Position numbers and translations under genes: made by a program
Assembly (NCBI GenBank): GCA_030682405.1
Contig: JAUXOF010000015.1
Coordinates: 697-64,696 of the forward strand
Length of the DNA: 64,000 nt
Source of the DNA: Thermodesulfovibrionales bacterium
Lineage (GTDB): Bacteria; Nitrospirota; Thermodesulfovibrionia; Thermodesulfovibrionales; JdFR-86
Reading direction: 5' to 3'
Notes under the pieces: model-generated
Database searches by the model: none
Seen by the model: only the letters and a program-made list of their open reading frames with translations
What the model was told of the DNA's origin: nothing
Shown: piece after piece, positions 9,612 to 18,644 of the stretch
Numbering within the stretch: the first letter of the stretch is position 1
Layout: every line of letters starts with the position of its first letter

Positions 9612-9821
9612 TCTCGCCTTGAGAACTCCAGCTCCATTTTAGCATTTCCCCCTGCTATTCAAAAGCCCCCTGTCCCCGCCCTGAACCTGAAATAGAGATA
9701 GAGTTTTCTTAGAACGGAAAAGTTCTTAAGTTTTAATGCCTTAAGGCGATACGAGGTCAGGTTCAGCTTTCATCCGATCGGCATAATCGATATGAAAGAG
9801 AAGCGAGTCCGCCACGTACAG

Positions 9822-9859
9822 AATAATCTGTAACCTATGTCCATAGGTTACAGATTATT
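9822..9859. repeat. Perfect 18-bp inverted repeat with 2-nt centre
   Basis: aataatctgtaacctatg (9822-9839), tc, cataggttacagattatt (9842-9859). The arms are exact reverse complements. Confidence 0.9.
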
Positions 9860-10037
9860 TTAACACACCTCAGTCCATATAACGCTGGAGCTACGATTTT
9901 CCCCCCTGTCCCCGGCCTTACACTACCTTACATCGGCTCAACACTGTCCTCGTTTGGCTGAACCAGTTCGGGTAGACGAGTTCCTTAAGGCCGTAATATA
10001 TTAAGCGCAGGAGGCACGGAGAAATGACCTCCCCTCG

Positions 10038-10143
10038 CCCCTCCTTAGCAAGGAGGGGATTTAATCCTCCCCGATAAGCGAGGATGGGTTTGCTTTCGGC
10101 AAGCGACATGCCCCTCCTTATAAAGAGGGATTTAATCCTCCCC
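10038..10143. repeat. Two copies of a ~34-bp hairpin-forming intergenic element
   Basis: Copy 1 at 10038-10072 is cccctccttagcaaggaggggatttaatcctcccc. Copy 2 at 10111-10143 is cccctccttataaagagggatttaatcctcccc. A degenerate third copy lies near 10352-10388. Confidence 0.8.
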
Positions 10144-10605
10144 TTAATAAGGGCCTATGGCTCGGAGCCAACGGCTCATAGAGGAGGCTGGCCGAAGGCT
10201 CGTAGAGAGGGGTAAGGTAGATAAAGAGGGATTTCGGACGAGCCGGAATGACACGGGAAAGGAGGAAGGCGGGATGGAAATGCTTTACAAATGCTTTACA
10301 TTTAAAGCATTTTCAGACATGGTTTCCTTAAAAATCAACCACTTAGCCATACCCCCCCCCTCCCCCTGGTTTATAAAGCAAGGAGGGTGCAAAGTGCAGC
10401 AGAAAAAATGGATTCCCTCCTGCGAGCCAGTGGCCGGTCAAGTCTATGACCCGTGGGTCACGACCCATAGGGCCGGAATGACGAAAGAGAAAATCTCAGG
10501 CAGCGAAAGGCCGAGTTAAAGGGAGGAAACCTTGAGGAAAAAAGGAACGCGCGAAAACTAAAAAGGAGCGAGTCGTAATGACGGTTTTTAAGCTATCATA
10601 TCCCC

Positions 10606-11574
10606 ATGCTTGAGACGGCAGCAATGAATAAGGTCATCCTCCTTATAGGCCCTACAGGCGTTGGAAAGACCGGCTCTGCCATACTCCTTGCAAGGGCACT
10701 CTCTACCGAGGTAATAAGCTCGGACTCCATGCAGATATACAGGCACATGGACATCGGCACGGCAAAGCCGTCGCCTTCGGAGCTTAAGGGAGTCAGGCAC
10801 CACATGATAGACATCGTAGAGCCATCGGAAAGCTACAGCGTTGGAAGATATATCGCGGACGTAGCGCCGATAATAGATTCCCTCCATGTGAGAGGGAAAA
10901 TCCCTGTCGTAACAGGAGGCACAGGGCTTTACACAAAGGCCATGACAAGGGGGCTTTTTAAAGGCCCCTCTGCGGACTGGCAATTAAGGCAGGGGCTTCT
11001 TAAGATGGAGGAGGAGAAAGGAGCCTCGCTTTATGAATACCTTAAACGGCTTGACCCTCAGGCCGCAGAAGGGATAATGCCTGCGGATGTAAGAAGGACC
11101 CTGAGGGCGGTTGAGGTCTGCCTCCTTGGCGGGCTGAAGATGTCCGAGGCAAAGGCAACCCTTACAAAGCCGCTGCCCTATGAGTTCATAAAAATAGGGC
11201 TTAGGCGGCAAAGGCCGGAGCTTTACGAAATGCTCGACAAAAGGGCGGATGAGATGCTCAGGAGGGGGCTTTTGGATGAGGTAGGGAGGGTGCTCCTTAT
11301 GAACCCCTCCAGCACCGCAATGCAGGCAATAGGGTATAAGGAGATTGCGGCTTACATGGAAGGCCGGTATGCGCTCGATGAGGCGGTAAGGCTCATAAAG
11401 AGGAACACGAGGCGGTATGCAAAAAGGCAGCACACGTGGTTTGGCAAGGAGGAGGGGATATGCTGGGTGGACGTGACCGGGCTTTTTGAGGCCGTAAAGA
11501 TATTCAAAAAGATGGTCTCTGAGGTTGAGCCTCTTCATGGTATAATCCCTCATGAAAAAAAGAGCCGGGGATGA
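10606..11574 (+). CDS. miaA: tRNA dimethylallyltransferase MiaA
   Basis: P-loop GPTGVGKT followed by SSDSMQIYRHMDIGTAKP. The internal ATG at 10624 (MNKVILL) is the more probable start. Confidence 0.93.
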   Translation: MLETAAMNKVILLIGPTGVGKTGSAILLARALSTEVISSDSMQIYRHMDIGTAKPSPSELKGVRHHMIDIVEPSESYSVGRYIADVAPIIDSLHVRGKIPVVTGGTGLYTKAMTRGLFKGPSADWQLRQGLLKMEEEKGASLYEYLKRLDPQAAEGIMPADVRRTLRAVEVCLLGGLKMSEAKATLTKPLPYEFIKIGLRRQRPELYEMLDKRADEMLRRGLLDEVGRVLLMNPSSTAMQAIGYKEIAAYMEGRYALDEAVRLIKRNTRRYAKRQHTWFGKEEGICWVDVTGLFEAVKIFKKMVSEVEPLHGIIPHEKKSRG

Positions 11575-12244
11575 GCCGCATTACATTGACCACAGGAAGA
11601 GGCTGAGGGAAAGGTTCAGAAAGGCTGGGTTTGAGGGTTTCCGGGACTACGAGGCACTTGAGCTTCTCCTTACGTACGCCGTCCCGCGAAAGGACGTAAA
11701 GCCCATTTCAAAGGAGCTTATTGTGAGATTTGGGGGCTTTCAGGGAGTGCTTGACGCTGCTTACGAGGAGCTCGTCTCCGTAGCCGGCATAAAGGAAAAC
11801 GCAGCCACATTCCTCCTTGCCGTAAAGCAGTGCGCAGCTCTTTATTTAAAAGAAGGGATTCTGAGGAAAAAACAGATAACCTCCACAAGCAGCCTCCTTG
11901 ATTACTGCAGGGTGGCGATGTCAGGGCTCCGCGACGAGCAGTTCAGGGTCGTATTCTTAAACTCGCAAAACGAGGTCATTGCGGACGAGGTCATTCAGGA
12001 GGGCACGGTCAACCACTCGGTCGTCTATCCGAGGAAGGTGATGGAAAGGGCGCTTTATCATAAGGCATCGTCCCTGATATTCGTCCATAACCATCCGGGC
12101 GGCGGGTGCAAGCCCTCAAGCGAGGACAAGAGACTTACAAACCAGCTTATGGGGATTGCGATGGGACTGGGCATTAAGGTCTTAGACCACATGATAATCT
12201 CCAAATCAGGCCACTTCAGCTTTCTTGAAAAAGGGCTGCTGTAG
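11552..12244 (+). CDS. radC: RadC-family JAB-domain protein
   Basis: 230 aa. N-terminal HhH-like region and the JAB motif FVHNHPGG. Confidence 0.9.
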   Translation: MKKRAGDEPHYIDHRKRLRERFRKAGFEGFRDYEALELLLTYAVPRKDVKPISKELIVRFGGFQGVLDAAYEELVSVAGIKENAATFLLAVKQCAALYLKEGILRKKQITSTSSLLDYCRVAMSGLRDEQFRVVFLNSQNEVIADEVIQEGTVNHSVVYPRKVMERALYHKASSLIFVHNHPGGGCKPSSEDKRLTNQLMGIAMGLGIKVLDHMIISKSGHFSFLEKGLL

Positions 12245-12252
12245 CTGCACGG

Positions 12253-14496
12253 TTACGGCATCTCCTTTACGGTTACATAATCAAGGGCAACCGATACAGG
12301 GCTTCCGGAGAGCTTCCTGTTGTCCTGCTCCCAGTTGAGCGAAAGCTTGGAGACCTCAAGGTCGCCAAGGCCCATATGCTCCATGAGGCCGCTCAGGGAG
12401 CCCTTTGTCCATATCCCGCCGAAATCGCCCTTTGTCAAGACCGCATCCTCATACCTGAATGTGATTTTATTAAGGCCGTTTTTTAGCGCCTGCCGGGGCA
12501 GGCTCACGCTATACTCGCACCAGCCATCTTTGAGGTGGAATCCGGAAAGAAACCTCTTGTTGACGGATACCTTCAGTCCCTTCTTTTTAAGCCCGTCGTG
12601 CGGCTTCATGCGGAGGGTCATCTCGTAGTCCTCGGAATGGCTGAGGTTTAAAAGCAGGACGGACTCTTTTCCCGCAGACCATGCATATGTGGTCATGCCC
12701 TCCTTCTGGCCGTTTATCCATCCGGCCATGAGGTACGGTATGGATGTCTCTGTGCCGGCGTCTATGACGAGTCCGTCCGCGCCCCTGCGGAAGGTCTTGT
12801 ATGCAACCGTTTTTTCGTCCTCATAGATTTTTTTCATCTGGAGGATATATTTAAGGAAACTATGCATGGCCTCGGTCTCAAAGCCTTTATGCACGACCAC
12901 GTAGTCTATGCCGAAGAGGTTTATCACGTCTTCCGCTATCTTTTTGTCCACCTCAATGTTTTCCGGCTCCACAGGCAGGTTCCATCCCATTATTGCAAGG
13001 TTCCTGAGCACCGGAAGGTTCAGGTATGACCAGAAGACCCTTTCGGGTACGCGTGAGATATAGCCGTTCATTATCTTCTTCCTGTGCGCAGTCTGATAGA
13101 ACTGTATGGCCGGCATGTGAGCCCCGAGAGGGCCGTAGCCGTCTGAGACGAAAAACGGCACCTCCAGCACTGCCTGGGCATCCGTGTCCCTTGAGATTTC
13201 CTCGTAGACCGCAGGGATAGGGCTTTTCTGCATAGGGATAGGGACGGCCGCATACTCCACAGCCAAAAGGGGCATCATAATTAAGATAGTAGCGTACTTC
13301 CTTTTTTCCAGCAGATATCTTATTCCATAGGCCGCTAAGACCGAGAGGCAGAGCATAGAGGCAATGTTGAATCTGGCAGGCGCCCTCAACTGCTTTAAAA
13401 CAGGAGTCTTTGCAATAAGCTGAAACGGCAGGGGGAAGTTATACGTCTTTCCGAGCAGATGCGGATGCGGGCCTAAGGAGAAGACGGTGAAGAACAGAAA
13501 GCATATGCCGAAGAAAACCGCCATCCGGTTTTTAGCGTGGTATTTAAGCCATCCGAGAAGGGCAAGCGCCATCACGCTGAACCCCAGATATACAAGCCCT
13601 TGGCCGCTTCCCGTGAAGTAGCCCAGAATGGAAAACCTTCCGATTACCGGGTTGCGGGGACTGGGGGAGAAGAACCCTAATAGGTCTGCGACATAGAAGT
13701 CCGCATTCGGTAACGGAAGCTTCTTTATATTGCCGGCAAGAATATCCCCTACGGCAAAGGATAAGACCGGAAGCACAAGCGGCAGGGAGAACAAGGCGAT
13801 AAGAAGCCCTTTTCTGAGATATCTGAGGGTTTCCTTTCTGTCCGCGGCGATTTTAAAGAGCACAAAAAGGACGGTAAGCATGACCATGAGGAAAAAGTAA
13901 AGGTATTCGCTGAGGAAATTAAATCCGAGCATAAGGCCCGCAAGCAGGGGGTTTTTCCATCGGCCATCCTCCTCGAACGTCCTTATCATAAAGAGCGCAT
14001 AGAAGGGCATCCACTCTGTTGCGGCAAGGTTGCCTGAGGTGTGGGCGAGTTTATACGGGCAGAAGGCGTATATCACCCCGCCTACAAACGCCGCCCTCCA
14101 GTCCCCTGTGATGTAGTTTATGAGAAGAAACGCCCCGAACCCCGAAATGGCGAACGAAAGGACAACGAACAGGTTGTGGATTGTGATGATGCCCATGATG
14201 TACTGAAGGGGGATGGACAGGAGGCCGTTAAGCGGCATGAGGGTGTGAAATGCCAGCCCCACCTCATTGGGATAAAAGATGTAATCCGTATAAAGCGGGT
14301 TTGCCTTTAAATCTATAAGGGAATATTTCATCCACCAGAAGTTCCAGAGATAGACCTGCTCGTCCCCGCCTTCTCCGGCGCAATGGGTCGTGAATTTGGC
14401 TATGAGGGGGTAGGTTACGATAAGAGTTAAAAGCAGGTATGCAGAGATTATACAGGCGTAAAACCTGATATTCCCTTCGTCTTTCAGCCCGGGCAT
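12253..14496 (-). CDS. Large polytopic membrane protein with soluble C-terminal domain (possible GT-C-type glycosyltransferase)
   Basis: 747 aa. About 12 hydrophobic segments fill the first ~420 aa, followed by a hydrophilic domain. No catalytic motif could be assigned. Confidence 0.55.
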   Translation of the reverse strand: MPGLKDEGNIRFYACIISAYLLLTLIVTYPLIAKFTTHCAGEGGDEQVYLWNFWWMKYSLIDLKANPLYTDYIFYPNEVGLAFHTLMPLNGLLSIPLQYIMGIITIHNLFVVLSFAISGFGAFLLINYITGDWRAAFVGGVIYAFCPYKLAHTSGNLAATEWMPFYALFMIRTFEEDGRWKNPLLAGLMLGFNFLSEYLYFFLMVMLTVLFVLFKIAADRKETLRYLRKGLLIALFSLPLVLPVLSFAVGDILAGNIKKLPLPNADFYVADLLGFFSPSPRNPVIGRFSILGYFTGSGQGLVYLGFSVMALALLGWLKYHAKNRMAVFFGICFLFFTVFSLGPHPHLLGKTYNFPLPFQLIAKTPVLKQLRAPARFNIASMLCLSVLAAYGIRYLLEKRKYATILIMMPLLAVEYAAVPIPMQKSPIPAVYEEISRDTDAQAVLEVPFFVSDGYGPLGAHMPAIQFYQTAHRKKIMNGYISRVPERVFWSYLNLPVLRNLAIMGWNLPVEPENIEVDKKIAEDVINLFGIDYVVVHKGFETEAMHSFLKYILQMKKIYEDEKTVAYKTFRRGADGLVIDAGTETSIPYLMAGWINGQKEGMTTYAWSAGKESVLLLNLSHSEDYEMTLRMKPHDGLKKKGLKVSVNKRFLSGFHLKDGWCEYSVSLPRQALKNGLNKITFRYEDAVLTKGDFGGIWTKGSLSGLMEHMGLGDLEVSKLSLNWEQDNRKLSGSPVSVALDYVTVKEMP

Positions 14497-14523
14497 GAAT
14501 AAGTATATCAGAAAAACCGCATG

Positions 14524-14542
14524 CCTGACAGGTTCTGTCAGG
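14524..14542 (-). terminator. Hairpin downstream of tRNA-Asp (possible terminator)
   Basis: cctgaca-ggttc-tgtcagg forms a 7-bp stem. On the minus strand a T5 run follows, but only after 7 nt, so the element is non-canonical. Confidence 0.3.
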
Positions 14543-14547
14543 GGCAG

Positions 14548-14624
<77 letters not shown>

Positions 14625-14675
14625 ATTTTATATGCCATCACTGCCAAATGCCCGGAGGGCCTTCGGCTTAGAGAG

Positions 14676-14748
14676 TAGGCGGAACAGGGATCGAACCTGT
14701 GACCTCAGCCTTGTAAGGGCCGCGCTCTCCCAGCTGAGCTATCCGCCC
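14676..14748 (-). tRNA. tRNA-Val (anticodon UAC), CCA not encoded
   Basis: Hand-folded cloverleaf. Acceptor GGGCGGA/UCCGCCU, D-arm GCUCAGCUGGGAGAGC, anticodon loop CUUACAA, T-loop GGUUCGAUCC, discriminator A followed by CUC. Confidence 0.92.
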
Positions 14749-14759
14749 TCGGAACTCTT

Positions 14760-14789
14760 ATTTAACTATAGAGGAACTCGTTTTGTCAA
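14760..14789 (-). promoter_or_regulatory. Candidate sigma70 promoter for the tRNA-Val/tRNA-Asp pair
   Basis: The minus strand reads TTGACA (14789-14784), an 18-nt spacer, then TTAAAT (14765-14760). The element ends about 11 nt before tRNA-Val position 1. Confidence 0.35.
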
Positions 14790-14851
14790 TCAACCGAATT
14801 CCGCGGTTCTCTGCATGCGGATGACCCGTAACTGGTCATCCGGGAATTTTT

Positions 14852-15718
14852 TTACTTTTCGCTGAACGTCCCCTTCAGCGCCCAGTCGAGTTTTCCGGCC
14901 ATGAGTTTTTCGTAGAACTTCTTTGTTATGAACGACTGGCCGTGTATCTCGTTGTCGTAGAACTTGGTTTTTATCTTATGCGGTCGCCTGACCTCCCTCG
15001 GGCTGAGTTTCATGGAGCCCACGGCATAAGACCACCAGTAGCCGGGGTATGTGGCAAGCGGGGAGGCGTAGAGGTCTACCACGGGGAATGCGTCCTTGAG
15101 TATCTTCTGCACCTTGACCACGGTATCCCTGTGAAAGAGTATGGACTCGGAGTGGGTGACGAACATGCCTTCTTCCCGCAGGCAGTTTCTGACCGCCTTG
15201 AAGAAATCCTGCGTAAATAGCGTCCTCGCAAAGCCAATGATGTCCGTTGAGTCAACGATTATCACGTCTATGTCGGACTTCGGGCGCTTCTTTATGAACT
15301 CCGCCCCGTCCATCACCCTTATCTCCACGCGCGGGTCTTTGTTGCCCGATGCGACACGAGGGAAAAACTTCTCAGCCACCTTTATGACCTCCCCGTCTAT
15401 CTCCACGAAAAACACCTTTTCCACTGTCTTGTGCCTGAGGACCTCCCTTAGCGCCCCGCCGTCCCCGCCGCCTATGACCACGACCCTCCGGGGGTTCGGA
15501 TGGCTGTGCATGAGGACATGCGTGAGCATCTCGTGGTAGAAAAACTCATCGGCCTCGGTAAGCTGCACCGCGCCGTCCAAGAGGAGCATCCTGCCGAAGT
15601 CAGGGTTTTCCACCACCTCTATTTCCTGAAACCTGCTCCTGCCCTTATAGAGTATATTGCTAATTTCATAGCTTATCTGCGTGGGCACAAACGGCGCTTC
15701 TTCGACAAATCTTATCAT
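14852..15718 (-). CDS. speE: Spermidine synthase
   Basis: 288 aa. Motifs LLLDGAVQLTEADEFFYHEML, VVVIGGGDGG and IIVDSTD. Confidence 0.93.
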   Translation of the reverse strand: MIRFVEEAPFVPTQISYEISNILYKGRSRFQEIEVVENPDFGRMLLLDGAVQLTEADEFFYHEMLTHVLMHSHPNPRRVVVIGGGDGGALREVLRHKTVEKVFFVEIDGEVIKVAEKFFPRVASGNKDPRVEIRVMDGAEFIKKRPKSDIDVIIVDSTDIIGFARTLFTQDFFKAVRNCLREEGMFVTHSESILFHRDTVVKVQKILKDAFPVVDLYASPLATYPGYWWSYAVGSMKLSPREVRRPHKIKTKFYDNEIHGQSFITKKFYEKLMAGKLDWALKGTFSEK

Positions 15719-15730
15719 CTCGTCTCCCTC

Positions 15731-16906
15731 CTAAATGAGAATTGTTTTCGGTATGGAAAAGCCGTTGAACTCCGACGCGTAGGATATCGTGTATGCGCCG
15801 CTTGAGAGTATGAGGATGAGTCCGCCCACCTTGGGTTCGGGAAGCGCTACGTCCTTGTCTATCACATCGAAGCTGTCGCAGCTCGGTCCGGTGACGGTCC
15901 ACTGTTTTTTGTGCCTCTTCCTGTCCGAGCTTTCCACGATATAGCTGTACTTAATGCCTCCAACGCTCTCCATCAGGCCGTTGAAGACCCCTACGTCTAT
16001 ATAGAGCCAGTTTTCGTCCCCGCGCCGGGCCTTGCCTATGACCTTGCACACGAATATGCCGGCGTCCCCCACAACGGCCCTTCCGGGCTCGATGAACACC
16101 TCCGTGCCGGCGGGGAATTTCTCATAAATCAACCGGTCCGAGACCTTCTCTATGGGCTCTATATTGACCACGTCCTTTGTGTATTTTATAGGATAGCCGC
16201 CCCCGATGTTAAGCATGCCGAACATTATGCCCTTCTCCCCGGCCATGTCCCATAGCGCCTTGGCCTTAAGGAGAGCGGTGCTCCAGTTATGCATGTTGGT
16301 GCACTGAGAGCCCACATGGAAGGTTATCCCGACCGGGTTAAGCCCCTTCTTTTTGGCGTAAAGCACGAGCGAGAGGGCGTCGTCAGGCTCTACGCCGAAT
16401 TTCCTGCTCAGGGGCCATTCGCTCCCCTCGTTGGGCACCGTGAGCCTCACGTAGACGTTTGAGCCGGGGACATACTTCTTCATCTTGTCCACCTCGTCTT
16501 TTGAGTCAAAGGCGAAATACCTCAATCCGTATTTGGCCGCCAGACTGAGAAACTTAAACGACTTGACCGGGTTGCTTGTGATTATCCTGTCTGCCGGGAC
16601 CCTTATCGCCTCAAGGAGCTTAAGCTCCCCTTCCGAGGCTATCTCAAAGCCCATGCCGAGGCTGTGGAGGAATTTTATCACCTCTATGTCCGGGTTTGCC
16701 TTAACCGCATAGAAGACCTTTGAGTTTCTGATGTTTTTGCCGATAATGTCCACCTTTTCCTTGACCCGTTCCGTGTCTATCAGAAGGAAGGGCGTCTCAA
16801 AGGCCTTCTTGTCGAGATAGGTCAGGGCCTTAAGAAGCGTGGGCTTTGAAATTATCTTCCTGTGGGACGGCTCTATCTTGAATATCTTCGTCATTTCTTT
16901 ATCCAC
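15731..16906 (-). CDS. Fold-type III PLP decarboxylase, probable ornithine (lysine/ornithine) decarboxylase
   Basis: 391 aa. FYAVKANPD (PLP lysine) and GFEIASEGEL motifs. It lies immediately upstream of speE, which is consistent with putrescine supply. Confidence 0.8.
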   Translation of the reverse strand: MDKEMTKIFKIEPSHRKIISKPTLLKALTYLDKKAFETPFLLIDTERVKEKVDIIGKNIRNSKVFYAVKANPDIEVIKFLHSLGMGFEIASEGELKLLEAIRVPADRIITSNPVKSFKFLSLAAKYGLRYFAFDSKDEVDKMKKYVPGSNVYVRLTVPNEGSEWPLSRKFGVEPDDALSLVLYAKKKGLNPVGITFHVGSQCTNMHNWSTALLKAKALWDMAGEKGIMFGMLNIGGGYPIKYTKDVVNIEPIEKVSDRLIYEKFPAGTEVFIEPGRAVVGDAGIFVCKVIGKARRGDENWLYIDVGVFNGLMESVGGIKYSYIVESSDRKRHKKQWTVTGPSCDSFDVIDKDVALPEPKVGGLILILSSGAYTISYASEFNGFSIPKTILI

Positions 16907-16931
16907 CTTCCGGTTTGTCCTCTATTATAAA

Positions 16932-18644
16932 TCAATCCCTCTTCGGCAGTCTTATCATGAATGCCGTCCCCCCTCCGGTGTCGGCCACTGCTATCGAGCC
17001 GCCGTGCAGCGCCACTATCCTGTGCACTATGGCAAGGCCGAGCCCGGTGCCCCTTTCCTTTGTGGTATAAAACGGCAGGAATATCTTGTCCCTGACGCCC
17101 TCCGGGATTCCGTGTCCTGTGTCAGAGACTGATATGCACACCTCGCCGCCCCTCGTGGCCGCCGTAACCGAGACCCTGCCCCCCCCGCCCATGGCCTCGA
17201 TGGAGTTCTGGATGAGGTTCGTAAACGCCTGCCTGAGGAGTATTTCATCCCCTTTAACTGCAAGCGCCCTGTCCATATCTATGGAGACCTCGATGTCCTG
17301 CCTCTCTGCGGCAAGGCTATGGCTTGATTCCTCTATCAGGCCGTAAAGGTTTACCTCGGAGAATTTCATCTCCCCGGGCCTTGCAAAGGAGAGGAAGTCG
17401 TTTATTATCTTGTCCATCACCGAGACCTCCTTTGAGATGGCGTCCACGGTCTTTGCAATGGGGTTGTCAGTCTGCCTTCCGAGGAGCTTTGTGTAGCCCG
17501 CTATCACGGCCATGGGGTTTCTGAGTTCGTGGGCTATCCCTGCCGCCATCTCTCCGAGGCTTGAGAGCCTCTGCCTCAGTTCGGCCTGTGATTCGAGGGC
17601 CTTCAGTTCCGTCAGGTCGGTAAACACGAAGAGCCTGCCTATCTCGTTTTTGTCCCGGTCTAAAAGCGGTGCAAGGGTAAACCCCAGCCAGATTCTCTTG
17701 CCGGAAGGGGTTATGTACTGCATCTCCCCCCTGTCGACGGTGCCCCTGCCTGTAAGGATTTCCGCTATCCGGCCGCCGAAGACCGCGGAGACTTCTTTGC
17801 CGAGGACATCCTCCCTTTTTATCTCAAGTATCTTTTCGGCGGAGGAGTTTATTTTCGTCACCCCTACGGATTCGTCTATGCTCACCACCCCGCTTGTGAC
17901 GCTCTCAAGGATGTTTTCGTTATAGCCCTCGATGGCCGCGGCCTTGTCCTCGGCCGCATTCCTCAATATCTCAAGCTCCCGCTCCTTTTCTTTTAAGGCC
18001 GCCACGAGCCCGTGGAACGTATCAACCACAAAGCCCACCTCGGTCGCGCCTTCGGCAGCGCCGCTTAGGTCCCTTTTTTGCGCCCTCCAATAGGCCCTGA
18101 CTATGGTGAAAAGGACGGCCATGAAGAAAAGCCCGCCGGCTGCAAATGCGATTATCGTGCCGGGCGGCAGTCCCTCCTGATGCGGCAGTTCCATCATCAC
18201 TGAGAGGATGTAGGGGTTCCCTTCAACCGAGATTCTGCAGAGGGTGGCGACTATCGGGAGTTCGGCCTCTTGGAACTCCATGAAGAGTTTTTCGCCCTGC
18301 ATAACAGGCGCTATCTCCACCGGGGCAAGCGATATCTTTTTCCTTATCAGGTCACGGCTTAATGTGTCGTTTACCGCATCGCCCTTTGCGTCGAATATGA
18401 TAATTCTGTGTATGCCGTGTCCTTTGGCGAACTCAAAGAGCCGGTAGGCATCCGTAACGCCGATGCCCCCGGACTCTACGGTCTCCTTTACGAGACCGGT
18501 TACGAGGCCCGATGCCTTTTTTGCGGTCTCCGCGGAGACGGCCTTTAATTTGGCGAGGTCGTTCCATTCCACCGCCGCCACAATCAATGCCAAAAAAAGC
18601 AGCGACAGGAAAAGTATGTAGAGAAGACCCCTAACGCCTGACAT
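16932..18644 (-). CDS. Sensor histidine kinase (two TM segments, PAS, HisKA, HATPase)
   Basis: H-box HELRNPMAVI, N-box LIQNSIEAM, G-box GTGLGLAIVHRIV. No response regulator lies next to it. Confidence 0.85.
   Translation of the reverse strand: MSGVRGLLYILFLSLLFLALIVAAVEWNDLAKLKAVSAETAKKASGLVTGLVKETVESGGIGVTDAYRLFEFAKGHGIHRIIIFDAKGDAVNDTLSRDLIRKKISLAPVEIAPVMQGEKLFMEFQEAELPIVATLCRISVEGNPYILSVMMELPHQEGLPPGTIIAFAAGGLFFMAVLFTIVRAYWRAQKRDLSGAAEGATEVGFVVDTFHGLVAALKEKERELEILRNAAEDKAAAIEGYNENILESVTSGVVSIDESVGVTKINSSAEKILEIKREDVLGKEVSAVFGGRIAEILTGRGTVDRGEMQYITPSGKRIWLGFTLAPLLDRDKNEIGRLFVFTDLTELKALESQAELRQRLSSLGEMAAGIAHELRNPMAVIAGYTKLLGRQTDNPIAKTVDAISKEVSVMDKIINDFLSFARPGEMKFSEVNLYGLIEESSHSLAAERQDIEVSIDMDRALAVKGDEILLRQAFTNLIQNSIEAMGGGGRVSVTAATRGGEVCISVSDTGHGIPEGVRDKIFLPFYTTKERGTGLGLAIVHRIVALHGGSIAVADTGGGTAFMIRLPKRD

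Noticed and set aside
10038-10388. Possible CRISPR array, suggested by repeated ~34-bp units
   Set aside because: There are only two good copies plus one degenerate copy. Spacing is unequal, each unit is itself a strong palindrome, and no cas genes or leader are present. This is REP-like, not CRISPR.
10157-10519. A 120-aa ORF, and the 63-aa ORF 9918-10109, in the long gene-free region
   Set aside because: The translations run straight through hairpin repeats (...WIPSC...AGMTK, ...LLAKEGRGEV) and a homopolymer tract. There is no RBS and the composition is unlike neighbouring genes. They are most likely repeat-derived artefacts.
14632-14865. A 77-aa plus-strand ORF overlapping tRNA-Val
   Set aside because: It lies antisense to a well-folded tRNA and the speE terminator hairpin, and it has no RBS.
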